Shown: positions 38,547-51,985 of the stretch, piece by piece
Position numbering within the stretch: the first letter of the stretch is position 1
Layout: the number at the start of each line of letters is the position of its first letter
Origin: the human T2T-CHM13v2.0 reference genome, Homo sapiens
Direction: 5' to 3' (one strand)
Length of the DNA stretch: 64,000 nt
Assembly: GCF_009914755.1 (NCBI RefSeq)
Contig: NC_060933.1
Made by a program: the position numbers and the translations under genes
Notes under the pieces: model-generated
Databases searched by the model: none
The model's input: only the letters and a program-made list of their open reading frames with translations
What the model was told of the DNA's origin: nothing

Positions 38547-41500
38547 AGCATTCTCAGAAACTTGTTTGTGATGTGTGTATTCAACTAACAGAGATGAACC
38601 TTTCTTTTTACAGAGCAGTTTTGAAACACTCTTTTTGTGGAATCTGAAAGTGGATATTTGGATAGCTTTGAGGATTTCGTTGGAAACGGGATTACATATA
38701 AAACCTAGAGAGAAGCATTCTCAGGAACTTCTTTGTGATGTTTGCCTTCAAGTCACAGGACTGAACATTCCCTTTCATAGAGCAGGTTTGAAACACTCTT
38801 TCTGTAGTATCTGCAAGCTGACGTTTCAAGCGCTTTCAGGCCTATGGTGACAAAGGAAATATCTTCAAGTAAAAACTAGACAGAAGCATTCTCAGAAACT
38901 TATTTGCCATGTGTGTTCTCAACTAACAGAGTTGAACCTTTGTTTTGATATGGCATTTTGGAAACACTCTTTTTGTAGAATCTGCAGGTGGATATTCGGA
39001 TAGCTTTGAAGGTTTCGTTGGAAACGGGAATATCTTCATATAAAATCTAGACGGAAGCATTCTCAGAAACTGCTTTGTGATGTTTTCATTCAAGTCACAG
39101 GGTAGAATGTTCCCTGTTATATACCAGGTTTGAGACACTCTTTCTGCACTACCTGGAAGTGGACGTTTGGAGCGCTTTGAGGCCTATGTTGAAAAAGGAA
39201 ATATCTTCCCATAAAAACTAGACAGAAGCATTCTCAGAAACTTGTTTGTGATGTGTGTATTCAACTAACAGAGATGAACCTTTCTTTTTACAGAGCAGTT
39301 TTGAAACACTCTTTTTGTGGAATCTGAAAGTGGATATTTGGATAGCTTTGAGGATTTCGTTGGAAACGGGATTACATATAAAACCTAGAGAGAAGCATTC
39401 TCAGGAACTTCTTTGTGATGTTTGCATTCAAGTCACAGAACTCAACATTCCCTTTCATAGAGCAGGTTTGAAACACTCTTTCTGTAGTATCTGCAAGCTG
39501 ACGTTTCAAGCGCTTTCAGGCCTATGGTGAGAAAGGAAATATCTTCAAGTAAAAACTAGACAGAAGCATTCTCAGAAACTTATTTGCGATGTGTGTTCTC
39601 AACTAACAGAGTTGAACCTTTGTTTTGATATGGCATTTTGGAAACACTCTTTTGTAGAATCTGCAGGTGGATATTCGGATAGCTTTGAAGGTTTCGTTGG
39701 AAACGGGAATATCTTCATATAAAATCTAGACGGAAGCATTCTCAGAAACTGCCTTGTGATGTTTTCATTCAAGTCACAGAGTAGAATGTTCCCTGTTATA
39801 TACCAGGTTTGAGACACTCTTTCTGCACTACCTGGAAGTGGACATTTGCAGCGCTTTGAGGCCTATGATGAAAAAGGAAATATCTTCCCATAAAAACTAG
39901 ACAGAAGCATTCTCAGAAACTTGTTTGTGATGTGTGTATTCAACTAACAGAGATGAACCTTTCTTTTTACAGAGCAGTTTTGAAACACTCTTTTTGTGGA
40001 ATCTGAAAGTGGATATTTGGATAGCTTTGAGGATTTCGTTGGAAACGGGATTACATATAAAATCTAGAGAGAAGCATTCTCAGGAACTTCTTTGTGATGT
40101 TTGCATTCACGTCACAGAACTGAACATTCCCTTTCATAGAGCATGTTTGAAACACTCTTTCTGTAGTATCTGCAAACGGACATTTCAAACGCTTTCAGGC
40201 CTATGGTGAGAAAGGAAATATCTTCAAATAAAAACTAGACAGAAGCATTCTCAGAAACTTATTTGCGATGTGTGTCCTCAACTAACAGAGTTGAACCTTT
40301 CTTTTGATACAACATTTTGGAAACACTCTTTTTGTAGAATCTGCAAGTGGATATTTGAATAGCTTTGAAGGTTTCGTTGGAAAGGGGAATATCTTCATAT
40401 AAAATCAAGACAGAAGCATTCTCAGAAACTTCTCTGTGATGTTTGCATTCAACTCATAGAGTTGAACACTTCCCTTCATACAGCAGGTTTGAAACACTCT
40501 TTTTGTAATATTTGGAAGTGGACATTTGCAGCGCTTTGAGGCCTATGATGAAAAAGGTAATATCTTCCCATAAAAACTAGACAGAAGCATTCTCAGAAAC
40601 TTGTTTGTGATGTGTGTATTCAACTAACAGAGATGAACCTTTCTTTTTACAGAGCAGTTTTGAAACACTCTTTTTGTGGAATCTGAAAGTGGATATTTGG
40701 ATAGCTTTGCGGATTTCGTTGGAAACGGGATTACATATAAAATCTAGGGAGAAGCATTCTCAGGAACTTCTTTGTGATGTTTGCATTCAAGTCACAGAAC
40801 TGAACATTCCCTTTCATAGAGCAGGTTTGAAACACTCTTTCTGTAGTATCTGCAAGCGGACGTTTTAAGCGCTTTCAGGCCTGTGGTGAGAAAGGAAATA
40901 TCTTCAAATAAAAACTAGACAGAAGTATTCTCAGAAACTTATTTGCGATGTGTGTCCTCAACTAACAGAGTTGAACCTTTCTTTTGATACAACATTTTGG
41001 AAACACTCTTTTTGTAGAATCTGCAAGTGGATATTTGGATAGCTTTGAAGGTTTCGTTGGAAACGGGAATATCTTCATATGAAATCAAGACAGAAGCATT
41101 CTCAGAAACTTCTCTGTGATGTTTGCATTCAACTCATAGAGTTGAACACTTCCCTTCATACAGCAGGTTTGAAACACTCTTTTTCTAATATTTGGAAGTG
41201 GACATTTGCAGCGCTTTGAGGCCTATGTTGAAAAAGGAAATATCTTCTCCTAAAAACCAGACAGAAGCATTCTCAGAAACTTCCTTGTGATGTGTGTACT
41301 CAAGTAACAGAGTTGAACCTTCCTTTTGACAGAGCAGTTTTGAAGCACTCTTTTTGTAGAATCTGCAAGTGGATATTTTGATACCTTTGAGGATTTCGTT
41401 GGACACGGGATATCTTCATATAAAATCTAGACAGAAGCATTCTCAGAAACTTCTTTGTGCTGTATGTCCTCAATTAACAGAGTTGAACCTTTGTGTGGAT

Positions 41501-41777
41501 ACAGCATTTTGGAAACATTCCTTTAGAAGAATCTGCAAGTTGATATTTAGATAGCTAGGAAGATTTCCTTGGAAACGGGAATATCTTCATATAAAATCTA
41601 GACGGAAGCATTCTCAGAAAGTGCTTTGTGATGTTTGCATTCAAGTCACAGAGTTGAATATTCCCTTTTATAGAGCAGGTTTGAAACACTCTTTCTGCAC
41701 TACCTGGAAGTGGACATTTGGAGCGCTTTGAGGCCTATGTTGAAAAAGGAAATATCTTCCCATAAAAACTAGACAGA
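38547..41777 (+). repeat. 19-mer HOR with 1-bp deletion (3231 bp)
   Basis: Spacing 38138 to 41369; T4 instead of T5 at 39650-39653. Confidence 0.95.
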
Positions 41778-44700
41778 AGCATTCTCAGAAACTTGTTTGT
41801 GATGTGTGTATTCAACTAACAGAGATGAACCTTTCTTTTTACAGAGCAGTTTTGAAACACTCTTTTTGTGGAATCTGAAAGTGGATATTTGGATAGCTTT
41901 GAGGATTTCGTTGGAAACGGGATTACATATAAAACCTAGAGAGAAGCATTCTCAGGAACTTCTTTGTGATGTTTGCCTTCAAGTCACAGGACTGAACATT
42001 CCCTTTCATAGAGCAGGTTTGAAACACTCTTTCTGTAGTATCTGCAAGCTGACGTTTCAAGCGCTTTCAGGCCTATGGTGAGAAAGGAAATATCTTCAAG
42101 TAAAAACTAGACAGAAGCATTCTCAGAAACTTATTTGCCATGTGTGTTCTCAACTAACAGAGTTGAACCTTTGTTTTGATACGGCATTTTGGAAACACTC
42201 TTTTTGTAGAATCTGCAGGTGGATATTCGGATAGCTTTGAAGGTTTCGTTGGAAACGGGAATATCTTCATATAAAATCTAGACGGAAGCATTCTCAGAAA
42301 CTGCTTTGTGATGTTTTCATTCAAGTCACAGAGTAGAATCTTCCCTGTTATATACCAGGTTTCAGACACTCTTTCTGCACTACCTGGAAGTGGACATTTG
42401 CAGCGCTTTGAGGCCTATGATGAAAAAGGAAATATCTTCCCATAAAAACTAGACAGAAGCATTCTCAGAAACTTGTTTGTGATGTGTGTATTCAACTAAC
42501 AGAGATGAACCTTTCTTTTTACAGAGCAGTTTTGAAACACTCTTTTTGTGGAATCTGAAAGTGGATATTTGGATAGCTTTGAGGATTTCGTTGGAAACGG
42601 GATTACATATAAAACCTAGAGAGAAGCATTCTCAGGAACTTCTTTGTGATGTTTGCATTCACGTCACAGAACTGAACATTCCCTTTCATAGAGCATGTTT
42701 GAAACACTCTTTCTGTAGTATCTGCAAACGGACATTTCAAACGCTTTCAGGCCTATGGTGAGAAAGGAAATATCTTCAACTAAAAACTAGACAGAAGCAT
42801 TCTCAGAAACTTATTTGCGATGTGTGTCCTCAACTAACAGAGTTGAACCTTTCTTTTGATACAACATTTTGGAAACACTCTTTTTGTGGAATCTGCAAGT
42901 GGATATTTGGATAGCTTTGAAGATTTCGTTGGAAACGGGAATATCTTCATATAAAATCAAGACAGAAGCATTCTCAGAAACTTCTCTGTGATGTTTGCAT
43001 TCAACTCATAGAGTTGAACACTTCCCTTCATACAGCAGGTTTGAAACACTCTTTTTGTAATATTTGGAAGTGGACATTTGCAGCGCTTTGAGGCCTATGA
43101 TGAAAAAGGTAATATCTTCCCATAAAAACTAGACAGAAGCATTCTCAGAAACTTGTTTGTGATGTGTGTATTCAACTAACAGAGATGAACCTTTCTTTTT
43201 ACAGAGCAGTTTTGAAACACTCTTTTTGTGGAATCTGAAAGTGGATATTTGGATAGCTTTGCGGATTTCGTTGGAAACGGGATTACATATAAAATCTAGG
43301 GAGAAGCATTCTCAGGAACTTCTTTGTGATGTTTGCATTCAAGTCACAGAACTGAACATTCCCTTTCATAGAGCAGGTTTGAAACACTCTTTCTGTAGTA
43401 TCTGCAAGCGGACGTTTTAAGCGCTTTCAGGCCTGTGGTGAGAAAAGAAATATCTTCAAATAAAAACTAGACAGAAGCATTCTCAGAAACTTATTTGCGA
43501 TGTGTGTCCTCAACTAACAGAGTTGAACCTTTCTTTTGATACAACATTTTGGAAACACTCTTTTTGTAGAATCTGCAAGTGGATATTTGGATAGCTTTGA
43601 AGGTTTCGTTGGAAACGGGAATATCTTCATATGAAATCAAGACAGAAGCATTCTCAGAAACTTCTCTGTGATGTTTGCATTCAACTCATAGAGTTGAACA
43701 CTTCCCTTCATACAGCAGGTTTGAAACACTCTTTTTCTAATATTTGGAAGTGGACATTTGCAGCGCTTTGAGGCCTATGTTGAAAAAGGAAATATCTTCT
43801 CCTAAAAACCAGACAGAAGCATTCTCAGAAACTTCCTTGTGATGTGTGTACTCAAGTAACAGAGTTGAACCTTCCTTTTGACAGAGCAGTTTTGAAGCAC
43901 TCTTTTTGTAGAATCTGCAAGTGGATATTTTGATACCTTTGAGGATTTCGTTGGACACGGGATATCTTCATATAAAATCTAGACAGAAGCATTCTCAGAA
44001 ACTTCTTTGTGCTGTATGTCCTCAATTAACAGAGTTGAACCTTTGTGTGGATACAGCATTTTGGAAACATTCCTTTAGTAGAATCTGCAAGTTGATATTT
44101 AGATAGCTAGGAAGATTTCCTTGGAAACGGGAATATCTTCATATAAAATCTAGACGGAAGCATTCTCAGAAAGTGCTTTGTGATGTTTGCATTCAAGTCA
44201 CAGAGTTGAATATTCCCTTTTATAGAGCAGGTTTGAAACACTCTTTCTGCACTACCTGGAAGTGGACATTTGGAGCGCTTTGAGGCCTATGTTGAAAAAG
44301 GAAATAAGTTCCCATAAAAACTGGACAGAAGCATTCTCAGAAACTTGTTTGTGATGTGTGTATTCAACTAACAGAGATGAACCTTTCTTTTTACAGAGCA
44401 GTTTTGAAACACTCTTTTTGTGGAATCTGAAAGTGGATATTTGGATAGCTTTGAGGATTTCGTTGGAAACGGGATTACATATAAAACCTAGAGAGAAGCA
44501 TTCTCAGGAACTTCTTTGTGATGTTTGCATTCAAGTCACAGGACTGAACATTCCCTTTCATAGAGCAGGTTTGAAACACTCTTTCTGTAGTATCTGCAAG
44601 CTGACGTTTCAAGCGCTTTCAGGCCTATGGTGAGAAAGGAAATATCTTCAAGTAAAAACTAGACAGAAGCATTCTCAGAAACTTATTTGCCATGTGTGTT

Positions 44701-46881
44701 CTCAACTAACAGAGTTGAACCTTTGTTTTGATACGGCATTTTGGAAACACTCTTTTTGTAGAATCTGCAGGTGCATATTCGGTTAGCTTTGAAGGTTTCG
44801 TTGGAAACGGGAATATCTTCATATAAAATCTACACGGAAGCATTCTCAGAAACTGCTTTGTGATGTTTTCATTCAAGTCACAGAGTAGAATGTTCCCTGT
44901 TATATACCAGGTTTGAGACACTCTTTCTGCACTACCTGGAAGTGGACGTTTGGAGCGCTTTGAGGCCTATGTTGAAAAAGGAAATATCTTCCCATAAAAA
45001 CTAGACAGAAGCATTCTCAGAAACTTGTTTGTGATGTGTGTATTCAACTAACAGGGATGAACCTTTCTTATTACAGTGCAGTTTTGAAACACTCTTTTTG
45101 TGGAATCTGAAAGTGGATATTTGGATAGCTTTGAGGATTTCGTTGGAAACGGGATTACATATAAAACCTAGAGAGAAGCATTCTCAGGAACTTCTTTGTG
45201 ATGTTTGCATTCAAGTCACAGAACTGAACATTCCCTTTCATAGAGCATGTTTGAAACACTCTTTCTGTAGTATCTGCAAACGGACATTTCAAACGCTTTC
45301 AGGCCTATGGTGAGAAAGGAAATATCTTCAAATAAAAACTAGACAGAAGCATTCTCAGAAACTTGTTTGCGATGTGTTTCCTCAACTAACAGAGTTGAAC
45401 CTTTCTTTTGATACAACATTTTGGAAACACTCTTTTTGTAGAATCTGCAAGTGGATATTTGGATAGCTTTGAAGGTTTCTTTGGAAACGGGAATATCTTC
45501 ATATAAAATCAAGACAGAAGCATTCTCAGAAACTTCTCTGTGATGTTTGCATTCAACTCATAGAGTTGAACACTTCCCTTCATACAGCAGGTTTGAAACA
45601 CTCTTTTTGTAATATTTGGAAGTGGACATTTGCAGCGCTTTGAGGCCTATGATGAAAAAGGTAATATCTTCCCATAAAAACTAGACAGAAGCATTCTCAG
45701 AAACTTGTTTGTGATGTGTGTATTCAACTAACAGAGATGAACCTTTCTTTTTACAGAGCAGTTTTGAAACACTCTTTTTGTGGAATCTGAAAGTGGATGT
45801 TTGGATAGCTTTGCGGATTTCGTTGGAAACGGGATTACATATAAAATCTAGGGAGAAGCATTCTCAGGAACTTCTTTGTGATGTTTGCATTCAAGTCACA
45901 GAACTGAACATTCCCTTTCATAGAGCAGGTTTGAAACACTCTTTCTGTAGTATCTGCAAGCGGACGTTTTAAGCGCTTTCAGGCCTGTGGTGAGAAAGGA
46001 AATATCTTCAAATAAAAACTAGACAGAAGCATTCTCAGAAACTTATTTGCGATGTGTGTCCTCAACTAACAGAGTTGAACCTTTCTTTTGATACAACATT
46101 TTGGAAACACTCTTTTTGTAGAATCTGCAAGTGGATATTTGGATAGCTTTGAAGGTTTCGTTGTAAACGGGAATATCTTCATATGAAATCAAGACAGAAG
46201 CATTCTCAGAAACTTCTCTGTGATGTTTGCATTCAACTCATAGAGTTGAACACTTCCCTTCATACAGCAGGTTTGAAACACTCTTTTTCTAATATTTGGA
46301 AGTGGACATTTGCAGCGCTTTGAGGCCTATGTTGAAAAAGGAAATATCTTCTCCTAAAAACCAGACAGAAGCATTCTCAGAAACTTCCTTGTGATGTGTG
46401 TACTCAAGTAACAGAGTTGAACCTTCATTTTGACAGAGCAGTTTTGAAGCACTCTTTTTGTAGAATCTGCAAGTGGATATTTTGATACCATTGAGGATTT
46501 CGTTGGACACGGGATATCTTCATATAAAATCTAGACAGAAGCATTCTCAGAAACTTCTTTGTGCTGTATGTCCTCAATTAACAGAGTTGAACCTTTGTGT
46601 GGATACAGCATTTTGGAAACATTCCTTTAGTAGAATCTGCAAGTTGATATTTAGATAGCTAGGAAGAGTTCCTTGGAAACGGGAATATCTTCATATAAAA
46701 TCTAGACGGAAGCATTCTCAGAAAGTGCTTTGTGATGTTTGCATTCAAGTCACAGAGTTGAATGTTCCCTTTTATAGAGCAGGTTTGAAACACTCTTTCT
46801 GCACTACCTGGAAGTGGACATTTGGAGCGCTTTGAGGCCTATGTTGAAAAAGGAAATATCTTCCCATAAAAACTAGACAGA
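41778..46881 (+). repeat. Two 15-mer HORs (x 41778-44329, y 44330-46881)
   Basis: Markers 41369, 43921, 46473. Confidence 0.95.
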
Positions 46882-48753
46882 AGCATTCTCAGAAACTTGT
46901 TTGTGATGTGTGTATTCAACTAACAGAGATGAACCTTTCTTTTTACAGAGCAGTTTTGAAACACTCATTTTGTGGAATCTGAAAGTGGATATTTGGATAG
47001 CTTTGAGGATTTCGTTGGAAACGGGATTACATATAAAACCTAGAGAGAAGCATTCTCAGGAACTTCTTTGTGATGTTTGCATTCAAGTCACAGAACTGAA
47101 CATTCCCTTTCATAGAGCAGGTTTGAAACACTCTTTCTGTAGTATCTGCAAGCTGACGTTTCAAGCGCTTTCAGGCCTATGGTGAGAAAGGAAATATCTT
47201 CAAGTAAAAACTAGACAGAAGCATTCTCAGAAACTTATTTGCGATGTGTGTTCTCAACTAACAGAGTTGAACCTTTGTTTTGATATGGCATTTTGGAAAC
47301 ACTCTTTTTGTAGAATCTGCAGGTGGATATTCGGATAGCTTTGAAGGTTTCGTTGGAAACGGGAATATCTTCATATAAAATCTAGACGGAAGCATTCTCA
47401 GAAACTGCTTTGTGATGTTTTCATTCAAGTCACAGAGTAGAATGTTCCCTGTTATATACCAGGTTTGAGACACTCTTTCTGCACTACCTGGAAGTGGACA
47501 TTTGCAGCGCTTTGAGGCCTATGATGAAAAAGGAAATATCTTCCCATAAAAACTAGACAGAAGCATTCTCAGAAACTTGTTTGTGATGTGTGTATTCAAC
47601 TAACAGAGATGAACCTTTCTTTTTACAGAGCAGTTTTGAAACACTCTTTTTGTGGAATCTGAAAGTGGATATTTGGATAGCTTTGAGGATTTCGTTGGAA
47701 ACGGGATTACATATAAAATCTAGAGAGAAGCATTCTCAGGAACTTCTTTGTGATGTTTGCATTCACGTCACAGAACTGAACATTCCCTTTCATAGAGCAT
47801 GTTTGAAACACTCTTTCTGTAGTATCTGCAAACGGACATTTCAAACGCTTTCAGGCCTGTGGTGAGAAAGGAAATATCTTCAAATAAAAACTAGACAGAA
47901 GCATTCTCAGAAACTTATTTGCGATGTGTGTCCTCAACTAACAGAGTTGAACCTTTCTTTTGATACAACATTTTGGAAACACTCTTTTTGTAGAATCTGC
48001 AAGTGGATATTTGGATAGCTTTGAAGGTTTCGTTGGAAACGGGAATATCTTCATATGAAATCAAGACAGAAGCATTCTCAGAAACTTCTCTGTGATGTTT
48101 GCATTCAACTCATAGAGTTGAACACTTCCCTTCATACAGCAGGTTTGAAACACTCTTTTTCTAATATTTGGAAGTGGACATTTGCAGCGCTTTGAGGCCT
48201 ATGTTGAAAAAGGAAATATCTTCTCCTAAAAACCAGACAGAAGCATTCTCAGAAACTTCCTTGTGATGTGTGTACTCAAGTAACAGAGTTGAACCTTCCT
48301 TTTGACAGAGCAGTTTTGAAGCACTCTTTTTGTAGAATCTGCAAGTGGATATTTTGATACCTTTGAGGATTTCGTTGGACACGGGATATCTTCATATAAA
48401 ATCTAGACAGAAGCATTCTCAGAAACTTCTTTGTGCTGTATGTCCTCAATTAACAGAGTTGAACCTTTGTGTGGATACAGCATTTTGGAAACATTCCTTT
48501 AGTAGAATCTGCAAGTTGATATTTAGATAGCTAGGAAGATTTCCTTGGAAACGGGAATATCTTCATATAAAATCTAGACGGAAGCATTCTCAGAAAGTGC
48601 TTTGTGATGTCTTCATTCAAGTCACAGAGTAGAATGTTCCCTTTTATAGAGCAGGTTTGAAACACTCTTTCTGCACTACCTGGAAGTGGACATTTGGAGC
48701 GCTTTGAGGCCTATGTTGAAAAACGAAATATCTTCCCATAAAAACTAGACAGA
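46882..48753 (+). repeat. 11-mer HOR class c
   Basis: Spacing 46473 to 48345. Confidence 0.95.
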
Positions 48754-51700
48754 AGCATTCTCAGAAACTTGTTTGTGATGTGTGTATTCAACTAACAGAG
48801 ATGAACCTTTCTTTTTACAGAGCAGTTTTGAAACACTCTTTTTGTGGAATCTGAAAGTGGATATTTGGATAGCTTTGAGGATTTCGTTGGAAACGGGATT
48901 ACATATAAAACCTAGAGAGAAGCATTCTCAGGAACTTCTTTGTGATGTTTGCCTTCAAGTCACAGGACTGAACATTCCCTTTCATAGAGCAGGTTTGAAA
49001 CACTCTTTCTGTAGTATCTGCAAGCTGACGTTTCAAGCGCTTTCAGGCCTATGGTGACAAAGGAAATATCTTCAAGTAAAAACTAGACAGAAGCATTCTC
49101 AGAAACTTATTTGCCATGTGTGTTCTCAACTAACAGAGTTGAACCTTTGTTTTGATATGGCATTTTGGAAACACTCTTTTTGTAGAATCTGCAGGTGGAT
49201 ATTCGGATAGCTTTGAAGGTTTCGTTGGAAACGGGAATATCTTCATATAAAATCTAGACGGAAGCATTCTCAGAAACTGCTTTGTGATGTTTTCATTCAA
49301 GTCACAGAGTAGAATGTTCCCTGTTATATACCAGGTTTGAGACACTCTTTCTGCACTACCTGGAAGTGGACGTTTGGAGCGCTTTGAGGCCTATGTTGAA
49401 AAAGGAAATATCTTCCCATAAAAACTAGACAGAAGCATTCTCAGAAACTTGTTTGTGATGTGTGTATTCAACTAACAGAGATGAACCTTTCTTTTTACAG
49501 AGCAGTTTTGAAACACTCTTTTTGTGGAATCTGAAAGTGGATATTTGGATAGCTTTGAGGATTTCGTTGGAAACGGGATTACATATAAAACCTAGAGAGA
49601 AGCATTCTCAGGAACTTCTTTGTGATGTTTGCATTCAAGTCACAGAACTCAACATTCCCTTTCATAGAGCAGGTTTGAAACACTCTTTCTGTAGTATCTG
49701 CAAGCTGACGTTTCAAGCGCTTTCAGGCCTATGGTGAGAAAGGAAATATCTTCAAGTAAAAACTAGACAGAAGCATTCTCAGAAACTTATTTGCGATGTG
49801 TGTTCTCAACTAACAGAGTTGAACCTTTGTTTTGATATGGCATTTTGGAAACACTCTTTTTGTAGAATCTGCAGGTGGATATTCGGATAGCTTTGAAGGT
49901 TTCGTTGGAAACGGGAATATCTTCATATAAAATCTAGACGGAAGAATTCTCAGAAACTGCTTTGTGATGTTTTCATTCAAGTCACAGAGTAGAATGTTCC
50001 CTGTTATATACGAGGTTTGAGACACTCTTTCTGCACTACCTGGAAGTGGACATTTGCAGCGCTTTGAGGTCTATGATGAAAAAGGAAATATCTTCCCATA
50101 AAAACTAGACAGAAGCATTCTCAGAAACTTGTTTGTGATGTGTGTATTCAACTAACAGAGATGAACCTTTCTTTATACAGAGCAGTTTTGAAACACTCTT
50201 TTTGTGGAATCTGAAAGTGGATATTTGGATAGCTTTGAGGATTTCGTTGGAAACGGGATTACATATAAAATCTAGAGAGAAGCATTCTCAGGAACTTCTT
50301 TGTGATGTTTGCATTCACGTCACAGAACTGAACATTCCCTTTCATAGAGCATGTTTGAAACACTCTTTCTGTAGTATCTGCAAACGGACATTTCAAACGC
50401 TTTCAGGCCTATGGTGAGAAAGGAAATATCTTCAAATAAAAACTAGACAGAAGCATTCTCAGAAACTTATTTGCGATGTGTGTCCTCAACTAACAGAGTT
50501 GAACCTTTCTTTTGATACAACATTTTGGAAACACTCTTTTTGTAGAATCTGCAAGTGGATATTTGAATAGCTTTGAAGGTTTCGTTGGAAACGGGAATAT
50601 CTTCATATAAAATCAAGACAGAAGCATTCTCAGAAACTTCTCTGTGATGTTTGCATTCAACTCATAGAGTTGAACACTTCCCTTCATACAGCAGGTTTGA
50701 AACACTCTTTTTGTAATATTTGGAAGTGGACATTTGCAGCGCTTTGAGGCCTATGATGAAAAAGGTAATATCTTCCCATAAAAACTAGACAGAAGCATTC
50801 TCAGAAACTTGTTTGTGATGTGTGTATTCAACTAACAGAGATGAACCTTTCTTTTTACAGAGCAGTTTTGAAACACTCTTTTTGTGGAATCTGAAAGTGG
50901 ATATTTGGATAGCTTTGCGGATTTCGTTGGAAACGGGATTACATATAAAATCTAGGGAGAAGCATTCTCAGGAACTTCTTTGTGATGTTTGCATTCAAGT
51001 CACAGAACTGAACATTCCCTTTCATAGAGAAGGTTTGAAACACTCTTTCTGTAGTATCTGCAAGCGGACGTTTTAAGCGCTTTCAGGCCTGTGGTGAGAA
51101 AGGAAATATCTTCAAATAAAAACTAGACAGAAGTATTCTCAGAAACTTATTTGCGATGTGTGTCCTCAACTAACAGAGTTGAACCTTTCTTTTGATACAA
51201 CATTTTGGAAACACTCTTTTTGTAGAATCTGCAAGTGGATATTTGGATAGCTTTGAAGGTTTCGTTGGAAACGGGAATATCTTCATATGAAATCAAGACA
51301 GAAGCATTCTCAGAAACTTCTCTGTGATGTTTGCATTCAACTCATAGAGTTGAACACTTCCCTTCATACAGCAGGTTTGAAACACTCTTTTTCTAATATT
51401 TGGAAGTGGACATTTGCAGCGCTTTGAGGCCTATGTTGAAAAAGGAAATATCTTCTCCTAAAAACCAGACAGAAGCATTCTCAGAAACTTCCTTGTGATG
51501 TGTGTACTCAAGTAACAGAGTTGAACCTTCCTTTTGACAGAGCAGTTTTGAAGCACTCTTTTTGTAGAATCTGCAAGTGGATATTTTGATACCTTTGAGG
51601 ATTTCGTTGGACACGGGATATCTTCATATAAAATCTAGACAGAAGCATTCTCAGAAACTTCTTTGTGCTGTATGTCCTCAATTAACAGAGTTGAACCTTT

Positions 51701-51985
51701 GTGTGGATACAGCATTTTGGAAACATTCCTTTAGAAGAATCTGCAAGTTGATATTTAGATAGCTAGGAAGATTTCCTTGGAAACGGGAATATCTTCATAT
51801 AAAATCTAGACGGAAGCATTCTCAGAAAGTGCTTTGTGATGTTTGCATTCAAGTCACAGAGTTGAATATTCCCTTTTATAGAGCAGGTTTGAAACACTCT
51901 TTCTGCACTACCTGGAAGTGGACATTTGGAGCGCTTTGAGGCCTATGTTGAAAAAGGAAATATCTTCCCATAAAAACTAGACAGA
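48754..51985 (+). repeat. 19-mer HOR (3232 bp)
   Basis: Spacing 48345 to 51577. Confidence 0.95.
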
